A stretch of 64,000 nt of DNA from Octopus vulgaris (taxonomy: Eukaryota): the NCBI GenBank assembly GCA_951406725.2, contig OX597821.1, forward strand, positions 82,336,001 through 82,400,000, read 5' to 3'. The notes beneath the pieces were generated by a model, which was not told where the DNA came from, did not search any database, and saw only the letters and a list, made by a program, of their open reading frames with translations. Position 1 is the stretch's first letter; each line of letters begins with the position of its first letter. A program made the translations under genes and the position numbers. Shown piece after piece: positions 41,860 through 52,483 of this stretch.

Positions 41860-42465
41860 CACTTCTATTTGATGTAGAACTCAATATGCGTATGTTTCAG
41901 AACAAAGTCTTTTGACAAATACAGAACAGTAATAAGAAAATGAGATGATAAAGGAATGAATGATTATCTTATGAACTTCATTAATTAATGAAATTCATAA
42001 GATAATCATTCATTCCATTGCCGTCTCATTTTCTTATACACACACACACACATATCAGTGCAGGCATCGCTATGCGGTAAGAAGCTTGCTTCCCAACCAC
42101 ATGGTTCAAGGTTCAGTCCAACTGCATAGCACCTTGGGCAAGTGTCTTCTGCTATAGCCCCAGGCTGACCAAAGCCTTGTGGGTGGATTTGGTAGACGGA
42201 AACTGAAAGAAGCCCATCGTATATATGTGTGTGTGTGTGTATAGATATATTTATGTGTGTGTCTTTGTCCCTCCACCATTGTTTGATAACTGATATTGGT
42301 GTGTTTATGTCCCCAGCAGAAGAGATTGATAGAATAAGTACTAGGCTTACAAAGAATAAGTCCAGAGAGTTGATTCTTTTTGACTAAAACTCTTTAAAGC
42401 AGTGCTCCATCATGGCCACAGTCAAATGGATGAAACATGTAAAAGAATAAAAGAATAAAAAAAAT
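41362..42465 (+). mobile_element. Two SINE family A copies (41362-41752 with a family-D-like head; 42058-42465)
   Basis: Body and tail match the consensus. Confidence 0.8.
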
Positions 42466-42672
42466 AAAAGGATATATATAAAAATTATACAATGGATTCT
42501 GTACAGTTTCTGTCCAACAAATCCACTAATCCACTCACAAAGCATTGATCTGCTCAGGGCTAAAGTAGTGCTAAAGGTGCTGCACAGTGGGAATGAACCT
42601 GAAACCATGTGGCTGTAAAGTGAGCTTCTTAACCACACAGCTACCCTTATGCTAGAAACAATTAATTAATAT

Positions 42673-42910
42673 AAGGTGGCGAGCTGGCAGAAACGTTAGC
42701 ACGCTGGGCGAAATACTTAGTGGTATTTTGTCTGTCTTTACGTTCTGAGTTCAAATTCAGCCGAGGTCGACTTTGCCTTTCATCCTCTCGGGATCAATAA
42801 ATTAAGTACCAGTTATGCACTGGGATCGATGTAATCGACTTAATCCCTTTGTGGTCCTTGTTTGTCCCCTCTGTGTGTAGCCCCTTGTGGGCAGTAAAGA
42901 AATAAGAAAC
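42673..42910 (+). mobile_element. SINE family B, full length, with TSD
   Basis: Flanks ATTAATTAATATAAGGTGGC and ATTAATTAATAAAAAGGTGGC. Confidence 0.9.
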
Positions 42911-42936
42911 GATTAATTAATAAAAAGGTGGCAGTA

Positions 42937-43340
42937 GGCGCAGGAGTGGCTGTGTGGTAAGTGGCTTGCTAACCAACCACATGGTTCTGGGTTCAGTCCC
43001 ACTGCGTGGCATCTTGGGCAAGTGTCTTCTGCTATAGCCCCGGGCCGACCAATGCCTTGTGAGTGGATTTGGTAGACAGAAACTGAAAGAAGCCCGTCGT
43101 ATATATGTATATATATATATATGTGTGTGTGTCTGTGTTTGTCCCGCTAGCATTGCTTCACAACCGATGCTGGTGTGTTTACGTCCCCGTCACTTAGCGG
43201 TTCGGCAAAAGAGACCGATAGAATAAGTACTAGGCTTACAAAGAATAAGTCCCGGGGTCGATTTGCTCGACTAAAGGCGGTGCTCCAGCATGGCCGCAGT
43301 CAAAATGACTGAAACAAGTAAAAGAGTAAAGAGTAAAGAG
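42937..43340 (+). mobile_element. SINE family A, best-preserved copy
   Basis: CpG-intact GGCGCAGGAGTGGCTGTGTGG...GGCGGTGCTCCAGCATGGCCGCAGTCAAAATGACTGAAACAAGTAAAAGAGTAAAGAG. Confidence 0.95.
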
Positions 43341-43597
43341 TAGGTAGATTATTACCCCAACATTATAATATTTTTCAGTTTGTGAAGCACTAGAGTAGTC
43401 AACACTAAGAGAAATTATAGAGTGGTTAGTCGAAGGTTTAGAGTGTTTTTTGACTCATCTTGATTTTGTTAACTTATACGTGTTGAGGCTATCACAGATC
43501 CTGCTGAAGTGACTCAGCTATTAAACACACTTGAGTTGACTTTGTTCTGTTGAGTTCACTTGGTTATTGGAACACCTTGAAAGCATGGACACCTGAC

Positions 43598-45310
43598 GCA
43601 GAGGAAGAGGAGGGAGAGGAAGAAGAATAGGAGGTAGGGAAAGAAAAAGAAAAGGTGGGGGGAAGAGGAGGTAGAGAAAGAGGAAGAAAAGGAGGAGGGG
43701 AGGAGGGAGGAAGGGAGAAAGGCGGAGGAGGAAGGAGAAGAAGGAGGAGGGAGAGCGGAGGATGAAGGTGAAAGATGAGGAGTAAAGAAGAGATGAGGCA
43801 GGGATGGGGCAGAGGAGTAATGAGGAAGAGAAGGCAAAGGAGGAAAAGGAAAAGGAAGGGAAGAAAGAGTATGATGAAGAGGGAGAGGAGGATGTGAGGA
43901 GAGGGGACAGAAAAAGAAGGAGAAGAGGATATGGGGGAGGCGAATGTGAGGAAGAGGTTGTGGGGAAGAGGGGAGGGAAAGAAGGGGAAGGGAAGGGGGT
44001 GGCTGAAGAGGAAAAAGAAAGGAAGAGGCAGTGAAGAAGAGGAAAAGGAAGGGAGGAGGAAGAGGAAGGGGGAAAGAGGAGAGGAAGGGGAATGGGAGGA
44101 GGAAGCGGAAGGGGAGAAGGAAGAGGAGAGGAAGAGGAAGGGGAATGGGAGGAGGAAGCGGAAGGGGAGAAGGAAGAGGAGAGGAAGAGGAAGGGGAATG
44201 GGAGGAGGAAAAGGAAGGGGAGAAGGAAGAGGAAGGGGAATGGGAGGAGGAAGTGGAAGTGGAGAAGGAAGAGGAAGGGGAATGGGAGGAGGAAGTGGAA
44301 GTGGAGAAGGAAGAGGAAGGGGAATGGGAGGAGGAAGAGGAAGGGAGGAGGAAGAAGAGGTGGATGAAAAGGAAAAGGAAGGGGAGAGGAGGAAGAAGAG
44401 GTGGTGAAAGAAGAAGAGGTGGATGAAGAGATGGAAGAAGAGGTGGAGGAAGAATAGGTGGCAGAAGAGAAAGTGGAGGTGGAAGAGATAAACAGACACA
44501 AACCAATGAAAAGTAGAGGCAAAGAAAATGGTAAAAGGAGGTCTTGGAGAATGAATCAGAGAGAAAATAAGAAATGTGTTGATGGAAGGAAATCAATGCA
44601 AGAAATGTTTGTTTTTTGAGGGGTAGGGGTTGTAAGAAGAAAGAAAAATAATGAAAGGGGGAACAAAATTATAGTAAAATAGATTAGAAACCCTAATGAG
44701 AACAGAACATTTTGTGAAAGAATTTGTAAGAAGTGAAAGAAAAAACTGAACAGCCATTACCCTTAGCATTTTGGTGTGAAGACAAAATAAGGATTTGTTT
44801 GAGAAGATGCAAATTATCAAAACAATTTGGAGTGAATATTTTAAATTGTGTTATTAAAAAACGATGAGAATTAAGAAGAAAAGAAGGGGAGAAAAAGTGA
44901 AAGGAAAGAGGGGAAAGCAAGAGGAAGGGAGAGATGAGGAGGTAGAGGAAGGGCATAATGGTGAGGAAGAGGACAAAGGGAGAGGGGAGTGGGGGAGAAA
45001 GGGCAAGGAGGAAGGCAATGAGGAAGGGGAAAAGAAGAGGTTGGGAAGGAAGAGAAGGAGAGGGGAAGAGGAAAAGAGAGGAGGAGCAAAAGAGAAAATG
45101 AGGAGGAGCAGGAGGAAGAAGAGAAAGGAAGAGCAATTGGAAGAAGAGAAAGAAGATTGAGGTGGATCAAGGAAGAGGAGAGGCTGGAGGAGGTGAGGAG
45201 AGAGGGGATGGGGTGGAGGCGAGGAACAGAGAGGATGATGATGATGATGACAACAATAAAGGAAAGACAAGAAGGTGAGGATGACAAGAAGAGGAGAGGG
45301 AAGGGGAAGG
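43598..45310. repeat. Polypurine low-complexity tracts with a minisatellite (GAGGAAGGGGAATGGGAGGAGGAAG.GGAAG.GGAGAAGGAA) at ~44080-44340
   Basis: Seen directly; explains the long spurious P/S/F and E/G/R ORFs. Confidence 0.9.
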
Positions 45311-45488
45311 TAATGCTATAAGAGAATCTGCTTGTTTAGCAAAGTTATAATCTTGTATTCCCAAATATCAAAGGTGGACGTTACACAATGTGAAGTGAAC
45401 TTGTGAAGGAAAGTTCTTGAAATGTCAACTAGAAAAATGAAAATAAGTATATGGCATAAATCTACATATGCCACAAATATATATGTAT

Positions 45489-45796
45489 ATCACCGTGATC
45501 ACCGTGACCAACCAGGTTATCAGATGTTGTTACACATCGCTGGTCACAATGCGCTTCACATTGTTTTAGCCTTCAAATGAGGCCACCCCGCTGGCTAAGC
45601 GAGCAGGCCAACAGTAGAAAGGGTGAGAGAAAGCTGTGGCAAAAGAGTACAGCAGGGATCGCCACCACCGCCTGCAGGAGCATCGTGGAGATTTAGGTGT
45701 TTTCGCTCAATAAACACTCACAACGCCCGGTCTGGGAATCGAAACTGCGATCCTGCGACCGCGAGTCCGCTGCCCTAACCACTGGGCCATTGCGCC

Positions 45797-45799
<3 letters not shown>
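45489..45799 (-). mobile_element. SINE family C with tail 2
   Basis: Head GGAGGCGCAATGGCCCAGTGGTTAGGGCAGCGGACTCGCGG; tail ends GGTCACGGTGATCACGGTGAT. Confidence 0.85.
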
Positions 45800-45885
<86 letters not shown>

Positions 45886-45907
45886 TACATACATACATAC
45901 ATACATA

Positions 45908-46082
45908 CTTTTTTTCTCTCCTTGTTTCTCTGCGTGTTTCTTTTCTGTGTATCTTTCTGTTGAAGAGCATAGGCTCGAAACGTAAAAGACTTGTTTTATT
46001 TATATTCCTGAGCGCCATACTAATACAATTGTTTGCACTCCACCTGCCTTCGTCTTTTGTTTATTTTCATAAAGCTTCCCGT

Positions 46083-46083
<1 letters not shown>
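45908..46083 (+). mobile_element. Solo Penelope pseudo-LTR (family P1) with hammerhead-like motif
   Basis: Matches 51265-51443; flanked by (TACA)n and (TA)n. Confidence 0.85.
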
Positions 46084-46137
<54 letters not shown>

Positions 46138-46138
<1 letters not shown>

Positions 46139-46432
46139 GAGGCGCAATGGCCCGGTGGTTAGGGCAGCGGGCTCGCGGTCGAAGGATCGCAGTTTGCTTT
46201 CTAGAGAGGGCGTTGTGTGTGTCTATAGAGCGAAAACACTGAAAAGCTCCACGAGGCTCTGGCAGGGGCCCCTGTTGTACTCTTTCGCCCCAACTTTCTC
46301 TCACTCTCTCTTCCTGTTTCTTGAGTAACGCTGCGATGGACTGGTGTCGCATCCAGCTGGGGAGAACACGTACGCCACAGAAAACAGGAAACTGGGCCCA
46401 TGAGCCTGTCTAGGCTTGAAAAGGGCGACATT
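46138..46432 (+). mobile_element. SINE family C with tail 1
   Basis: tRNA-like head plus GCTGCGATGGACTGG...GCTTGAAAAGGGCG tail. Confidence 0.85.
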
Positions 46433-46813
46433 TATCATTTATATATATATATATATATATACATATATATATCATCATTGTTTAATGTCTGCCTTCCATG
46501 CTGGCATGGGTGGAACCATAGATATATTTCATATCTTTTACTTGTTTCAGTCATTAGACTGAGGCCATGCTAGGGCACAGCCTTGAATTTTGAGAAGAAT
46601 GTATTGACCCCACCACTTTTTTCTTAAGCCTAGTATTTATTCTATCGGTGGCCTTTGGTGAACTGCTAAGTTATGGGGACATAAACACACCAACACCTGT
46701 TGTCAATTGGTGATGGGGGCGGGGACAAACACAGACACACACATAGATATATATACATATATATACAATGAGCTTCGTTCAGTTTCTGTCTGCCAAATCC
46801 ACTCACAAGGCTT

Positions 46814-46859
<46 letters not shown>

Positions 46860-47059
46860 TGAGAGAAAAGATGTGGGCATGAACTAGGTATTTGTTTAAT
46901 GCTTTTAACACCCATATTTTTTGCTCTCATTTTTGATGGGCTCTTTATATCAGATTGTAGCACTTCTCAGACTCCATACAAGTTTAACATGATTACTAAT
47001 AAGAGCCACAATCTGACTGGTAAATTTGTTGTGGATTGAGGACATCTGTATATATGTGT

Positions 47060-47438
47060 GGAGGCACAATGGCCCAGTGGTTAGGGCAGCGGACTCATGG
47101 TCATAGGATCGCGGTTTCGATTCCCAGACCGGGCATTGTGAGTGTTTATTGAGCGAAAACACCTAAAAGCTCCACGAGGCTCCAGCAGGGGATGGTGGTG
47201 ATCCCTGCTGTACTCTTTCACCACAACTTTCACTCACTCTTACTTCCTGTTTCTGTTGTACCTGTATTTCAAAGGGCCAGCCTTGTCACACTCTGTGTCA
47301 CGCTGAATCTCCCCGAGAACTACATTAAGGGTACATGTGTCTGTGGAGTGCTCAGCCACTTAAACGTTAATTTCACAAGCAGGCTGTTCCGTTGATTCGG
47401 ATCAACCGGAACCCTCGTCGTCATAACCGACAGAGTGC
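47060..47438 (+). mobile_element. SINE family C with tail 3
   Basis: Same head plus CAGCCTTGTCACACTCTGTGTCACGCTGAATCTCCCCGAGAAC...GGAACCCTCGTCGTC tail. Confidence 0.85.
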
Positions 47439-47467
47439 TTCCATTCCATATATGTGTGTATGTGTCT

Positions 47468-47567
<100 letters not shown>

Positions 47568-47867
47568 GTCCTCGTCATCGTCACTGTTAAACAACCTCTT
47601 TTACATGCTTGCTTGGGTGAAACAGAACCAGTTGAAGCATCTTTTCTACAGTCTGATGCCCTTTCTGTCACCAACCATCACTTGCTGTTTCCTGTGTGGA
47701 ACCTTGGGCAAGCGTCTTCTGCTATAGCAATTGTTGTTTCCATGTTTTTGCAGAATACTGGAAATGAGTGACACTACTTGTATAACAACTATCATAAAAT
47801 ATGAAATAGGGAAACATACACGTATATGTTCACACACGCATACAAATATATATATATATGTATATAC

Positions 47868-47900
<33 letters not shown>

Positions 47901-47908
<8 letters not shown>

Positions 47909-48142
47909 TAAATGAAAGAATGGAGTTGAACGAAGATGTTAACATTTTGTTTACCATGTAGGCAGTCATCGAAATTTTTGTTTGTCTTGATGTTGAGAGA
48001 GGCTCCCTTTCTTTCCTGATGAGAAGATTGCATCTTGCACCCTTTATTCATTTGGAATGAAACCATGTTGTCTTCGAAACATATGAGTAAAGGAATTTTG
48101 TTAACATCTTCATTCAACTCCATTCTTTCATTTATTCATATA
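47901..48142 (+). mobile_element. 242-bp element with 44-bp terminal inverted repeats enclosing a hammerhead-like motif
   Basis: 47901-47944 vs 48099-48142 differ at 1 position; CTGATGA-GAAGA...TCTTC-GAAAC-ATATGA-GTA inside. Confidence 0.7.
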
Positions 48143-48326
48143 CAACACACACATTTCTGCACATGAACCCGGAGTTTCTACCCTTGGACAGGTCACTTCA
48201 ACCGTGTTTCTGACGTGAATTTGCTACCCAGGTTTCGGTTCAACGAATTTTCCATGCTGACGATAAACATAGGATAATTCATTCACCTATTTTATATATA
48301 TATATATATATATATATGTAAGTGTG

Positions 48327-48372
<46 letters not shown>

Positions 48373-48376
48373 CATG

Positions 48377-48432
<56 letters not shown>

Positions 48433-48602
48433 TACAACAGGCTTCTTTCAGTTTCCATCAACCAAATCCACTCACAAGGCTTTGGTCAGCCTGAGGCTAT
48501 AGCAGAAGACGCTTGCCCAAGGTTCCACGCAGAGTGAATGAACTCGAAATCATGTGGTTGGTAAGCAAGCTACTTAGCACACAGCCACTCCTGTGCCTAT
48601 AT

Positions 48603-48790
48603 ATAGTAAGAATTTACTAAAAATCAAAAGACGAAGACAGGTGTGTAAACAACAAACAGATGTATTAGTTTAACACTCGGGAAGTGTGAAGGTCTTTTAC
48701 GTTTCGAGCCTACAGTCTTCAACAAAAAGGGGCACAGAAATAAATAGGGAGAGAAAATAAAAAAGGTTTAGTGGCTAGCAATTTGTCAAG
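48603..48790 (-). mobile_element. Solo Penelope pseudo-LTR (family P1 relative)
   Basis: Reverse complement contains GTTGAAGACTGTAGGCTCGAAACGTAAAAGAC and ACACCTGTCTTCGTCTTTTG. Confidence 0.75.
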
Positions 48791-48924
48791 GCGATATACA
48801 TATATAGGTGCAGGAGTGGCTGTGTGATAAGAAGCTTGCTTCCCAGCCATGTGGTTCTAGGTTCAGTCCCACTGTGTAGCACCTTGGGCAAGTATCTTCT
48901 ACTATAGCTTTGGGCTGCCCAAAG

Positions 48925-49508
48925 AGAGATGTTTGTGCTGGTATGGTCATGTACTATGGATGTCTGAGGAGACCTGTGTGAAGAAGTGCCACTCCCGAAC
49001 AGTTGAAGGAATCCGGGGTAGAGGTAAGAGGTTGACCCAGGAAGACATGAGATGAGGTGGTGAAGCATGAACTTCGAACGCTGGGCCTCACAGAGGTAAT
49101 GACGAAAGACCAAGACCTCTGGAGATATGCTGTGACTGCAAAGACCAGGCAAATAAAGTGAATTCGTGGCTGTATCCTACACCAGTTTCACATAACCAGC
49201 CCATTCAAAAGTACCTTGAATTGTAGGGTGACATGCTGTGCCCGAGGAAACCTATTGATTCAAGTACATCAACATCAAAATGAAAATCAAATGGAAATTG
49301 TAGTTGTGATCCCCATGCCAGTAGCACGTAAAAAGCACCCACTATCTCACAGAGTGGTTGGTGTTAAGAAGGGCATCCAGCTGTAGAAACACTGCCAGAT
49401 CAGACTGGATCTTGGTGCAACCTCCTGGCTTCCCAGACTCCAGTTGAACTGTCCAACTCATGCTTGCATGGAAAACAGGCATTAAATGATGATGATGATG
49501 ATGATGAT
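48925..49508 (+). mobile_element. RTE LINE 3' fragment
   Basis: WYGHV...CVKKCH...RGRG.PRKT*DEVVKHELRTLGLTEVMTKDQDLWRYAV, then RTE tail and (TGA)n. Confidence 0.85.
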
Positions 49509-49521
49509 AATATATATATAT

Positions 49522-49565
<44 letters not shown>

Positions 49566-49767
49566 TTACTCTTTTATTTGTTTCAGTCATTTGACTGTGG
49601 CCATGCTGGAGCACCGCCTTTAGTTGAATAAATTGACCCCAGAACTTATTCTTTGTAAGGCTAGTACTTATTCTATCAGTCTCTTTTGCCAAACCACTAA
49701 GTTACGGGGATGTAAACACATCAGCATTGGTTGTCAAGTGATGGTGGAGGAACAAACAGAGACACAC

Positions 49768-49973
49768 AACATGGCCAAAAATTTCTTCTTAAGAAAATAC
49801 GTATTCAAAGAAGTAAACCTTAATATCATGAATAGCGAAAGCAAAACCGGTTGATATATTAAAAATTATATTAAAACTATGTAAAGTGTTTGTATTTTCC
49901 TTTTTTAATTCCTTAATTATATTACAACTCACCTCGTGGGGATAATTGAAATTCCTTCTTTTCTGTTACTACT

Positions 49974-49978
<5 letters not shown>
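49768..49978 (+). mobile_element. Penelope-like 3' end (family P4) with variant hammerhead
   Basis: HGQKFLLK resembles the PLE C-terminal CRHxxKFLL motif; hammerhead-like fold at 49823-49857; ends at (TA)n. Confidence 0.55.
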
Positions 49979-50025
<47 letters not shown>

Positions 50026-50028
<3 letters not shown>

Positions 50029-51443
50029 GACCCTACCTCCCAACCCGGCTCGTTCCCCTGCTCCCGCCCACGTTGCCGCACTTGCCCTTACCTCTCCAAC
50101 ACCACCCGCCTCACTAGCACCCACCATCGACCCTATCCCATCATCCACTCCTTCACCTGCACCTCCAGCAATATTATCTATTGCATCTCTTGCTCTCTCT
50201 GCAATTCCTTGTACATCGGACAAACGGGACGCCGCTTGGCTGACCGGTTCGCGGAACACCTTCGTGACATCCACCTTGCGAACGACACACCGGTCTCACG
50301 CCATTTCCGCTCCACCAGTCACTCCTTGCAACACCTATCTGTGTTCGGTTTGTCCTTACACAGAGGCCATCCGGATTCCCGTTTGCGCCGTGAACAGGAA
50401 TTAATCTTCTCTCTTCGCTCTTATACGCCATTTGGTCTCAACTCTCCCCCTCCTCATCTAACCCCCTCTCCCCCTCCTCACCTATCCTTTCCCCCCCGAC
50501 CCCTACTTCTTCAGTCCTTTCACCCCTACTCTCCTTCCCTCCTTCCCTCTTCCCCTTCCCTCTGCTCCCTCACTCCCTCACTCCCCTTCTCTCTCCCCCT
50601 CTCCCTCTTTCCTCCTTCCTCCCCCCTCCTCCCCCCTCCTCCCCTTCCTTTCTCTCCCCCATCCTCTCCTCTTCCCCCTCTCCTCCCCCTTCTTCCCCTC
50701 CCCTTCTCTCCCCCTCTTCTCCCCCTCCCCCTCTTCTCCTCACTACACCACACGACTTTACACATCACATCATATATGATGTGCCATACTAATACATACA
50801 CCAACTAATACATACTAATACGTACTAATACATACTAATACATACTAATACATACACCAACCGTATACATACACACGTCCAGACCCCTCATACGCACTTA
50901 TACTCTCTCATACACACACACACGCACTTATACATACTAATACGTACTAATACATACTAATACATACTAATACATACACCAACCCCATACATACGCACGT
51001 CCAGACCAATCCTACGCACTAATACTCCCTCATACACACACACACACACACACACACCCTTATACATACTAATACATACACCAACCCTATACATACACAC
51101 GTCCAGACCCCTCCTACGCACTATTAGCTGGTCCTTCAACCCTATTATCAACCCTATTGTCAACCCTATTATCTCCCCTTATTTCGCTCTCGCGTCTCAT
51201 GTTTGATCTTTGACCTCTGGCCGAAATCAGATCGCCATGTTGATTCGTTAGCTACTGCACTCATTTTTTTCTCTCCTTCTTTCTGTGTTTTTTTTTCTCT
51301 CTGTGTATCCTTCTGTTGAAGAGCGTAGGCTCGAAACGTTAAAGACTTGTTTTATTTATATTTCCTGAGTGCCATACTAATACAATTGTTCGTTTGTTTT
51401 CCACCTGCCTTCGTCTTTTGTCTATTTTCATAAAGCTTCCCGT
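50026..51443 (+). mobile_element. 5'-truncated Penelope-like element (Neptune-like, family P1): open GIY-YIG endonuclease region, pyrimidine/minisatellite 3'UTR, pseudo-LTR; inserted in (TA)n
   Basis: PCSRPRCRTCPY...FTCTSSNIIYCISCSLCNSLYIGQTGRRLADRFAEH...PVSRHF...H...RREQELIFSLRSYTPFGLN; (TACATACTAA)n at 50785-51075; (TA)n on both sides. Confidence 0.95.
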
Positions 51444-51475
51444 TATATATATATATATATATATACATATATACA

Positions 51476-52415
51476 TTGGTACTAAGAATAGCCTGGGCAA
51501 AGTTTAGAGAGCTCCTCCCTCTGCTGGTGACAAAGGGTCTCTCACTCAGAGTAAAAGGTAGACTGTATGATGCATGAGTGTGAATAGCCATGCTACATGC
51601 CAGTGAAACATAGGCTGTGACTGCTAAGGACATGCGTAAGCTTGCAAGGAATGCAGCTAGTATGCTCCACTGTATGTGTAGTATCAGTGTACATACATGA
51701 CAGAGTGTAAGTGTCCTGAGAGGAAAGTTGGACATAAGAAGCATTAGATGTGGTGTGGAAGAGAGATGACTGCACTGGTATGGTAATGTGTATATTGATG
51801 AGGACAGCTGTGTGAAAAAGTGTCATACCGTAGCAGTAGAGGGAACCTGTGAAAGAAGTAGACCAAGGAAGACCTGGGATGAGGTGGTGAAGCACAACAT
51901 TCAAATGTTGGGCCTCACAGAGGTGATGACAAGTGACCAAGACCTTTGGAGATATGTTGTGCTTGAGAAGACCTGGCAAGCCAAGTGAGACCGTAACTGT
52001 GGCATATGCCAGTGACATGTAAAACACACCATTTGAGAATGGTTGATGCCAGTGCTGGCTAACCGGTCCCATGCTGGTGGCACATAAAAAGCACCATTCG
52101 AGCGTGGTCATTGCCAGTGCCACTTGACTGGCTCCCATGCCAGTGGCACATAAAAAACAACATTCAAGCGTGGTTGATGCCAGTACTGCCTGACTGACCC
52201 TCTTGCCAGTGACACATAAAAAGCACCCACTACACTCTAGAAGTGGTTGGCATTAGGAAGGGCATCCAACTGCAGAAACTTTGCCAGATCAGACTGGAGC
52301 CTGGTGCAGCCTTCTGGCTTGCCAGCCCTCAGTCAAACCATCAAACTCATGTCAGCATGGAAAGCGGACATTAAATGACGAAGATGATGATGATGATGAT
52401 GATGATGTTGATGAT
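51476..52415 (+). mobile_element. 5'-truncated RTE LINE (ORF C-terminus, 3'UTR with 65-66-bp repeats, (TGA)n tail)
   Basis: RIAWAKFRELLPLLVTKGLSLRVKGRLYDA...SET*AV...DEDSCVKKCHTVAVEGTCERSRPRKTWDEVVK...DLWRYVVLEKTWQAK*. Confidence 0.92.
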
Positions 52416-52431
52416 GATATATATATGTATA

Positions 52432-52483
<52 letters not shown>

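Noticed and set aside
43521-45287. 300+ aa Pro/Ser/Phe- and Glu/Gly/Arg-rich ORFs
   Set aside because: A purine/pyrimidine tract lacks stops by composition; open in many frames, with no splice or domain evidence
45730-45799. tRNA-like sequences (also 46138, 47060, 23162, 37880)
   Set aside because: Heads of SINEs or a PLE cassette continuing into repeat bodies; acceptor stems incomplete, so not called tRNA genes
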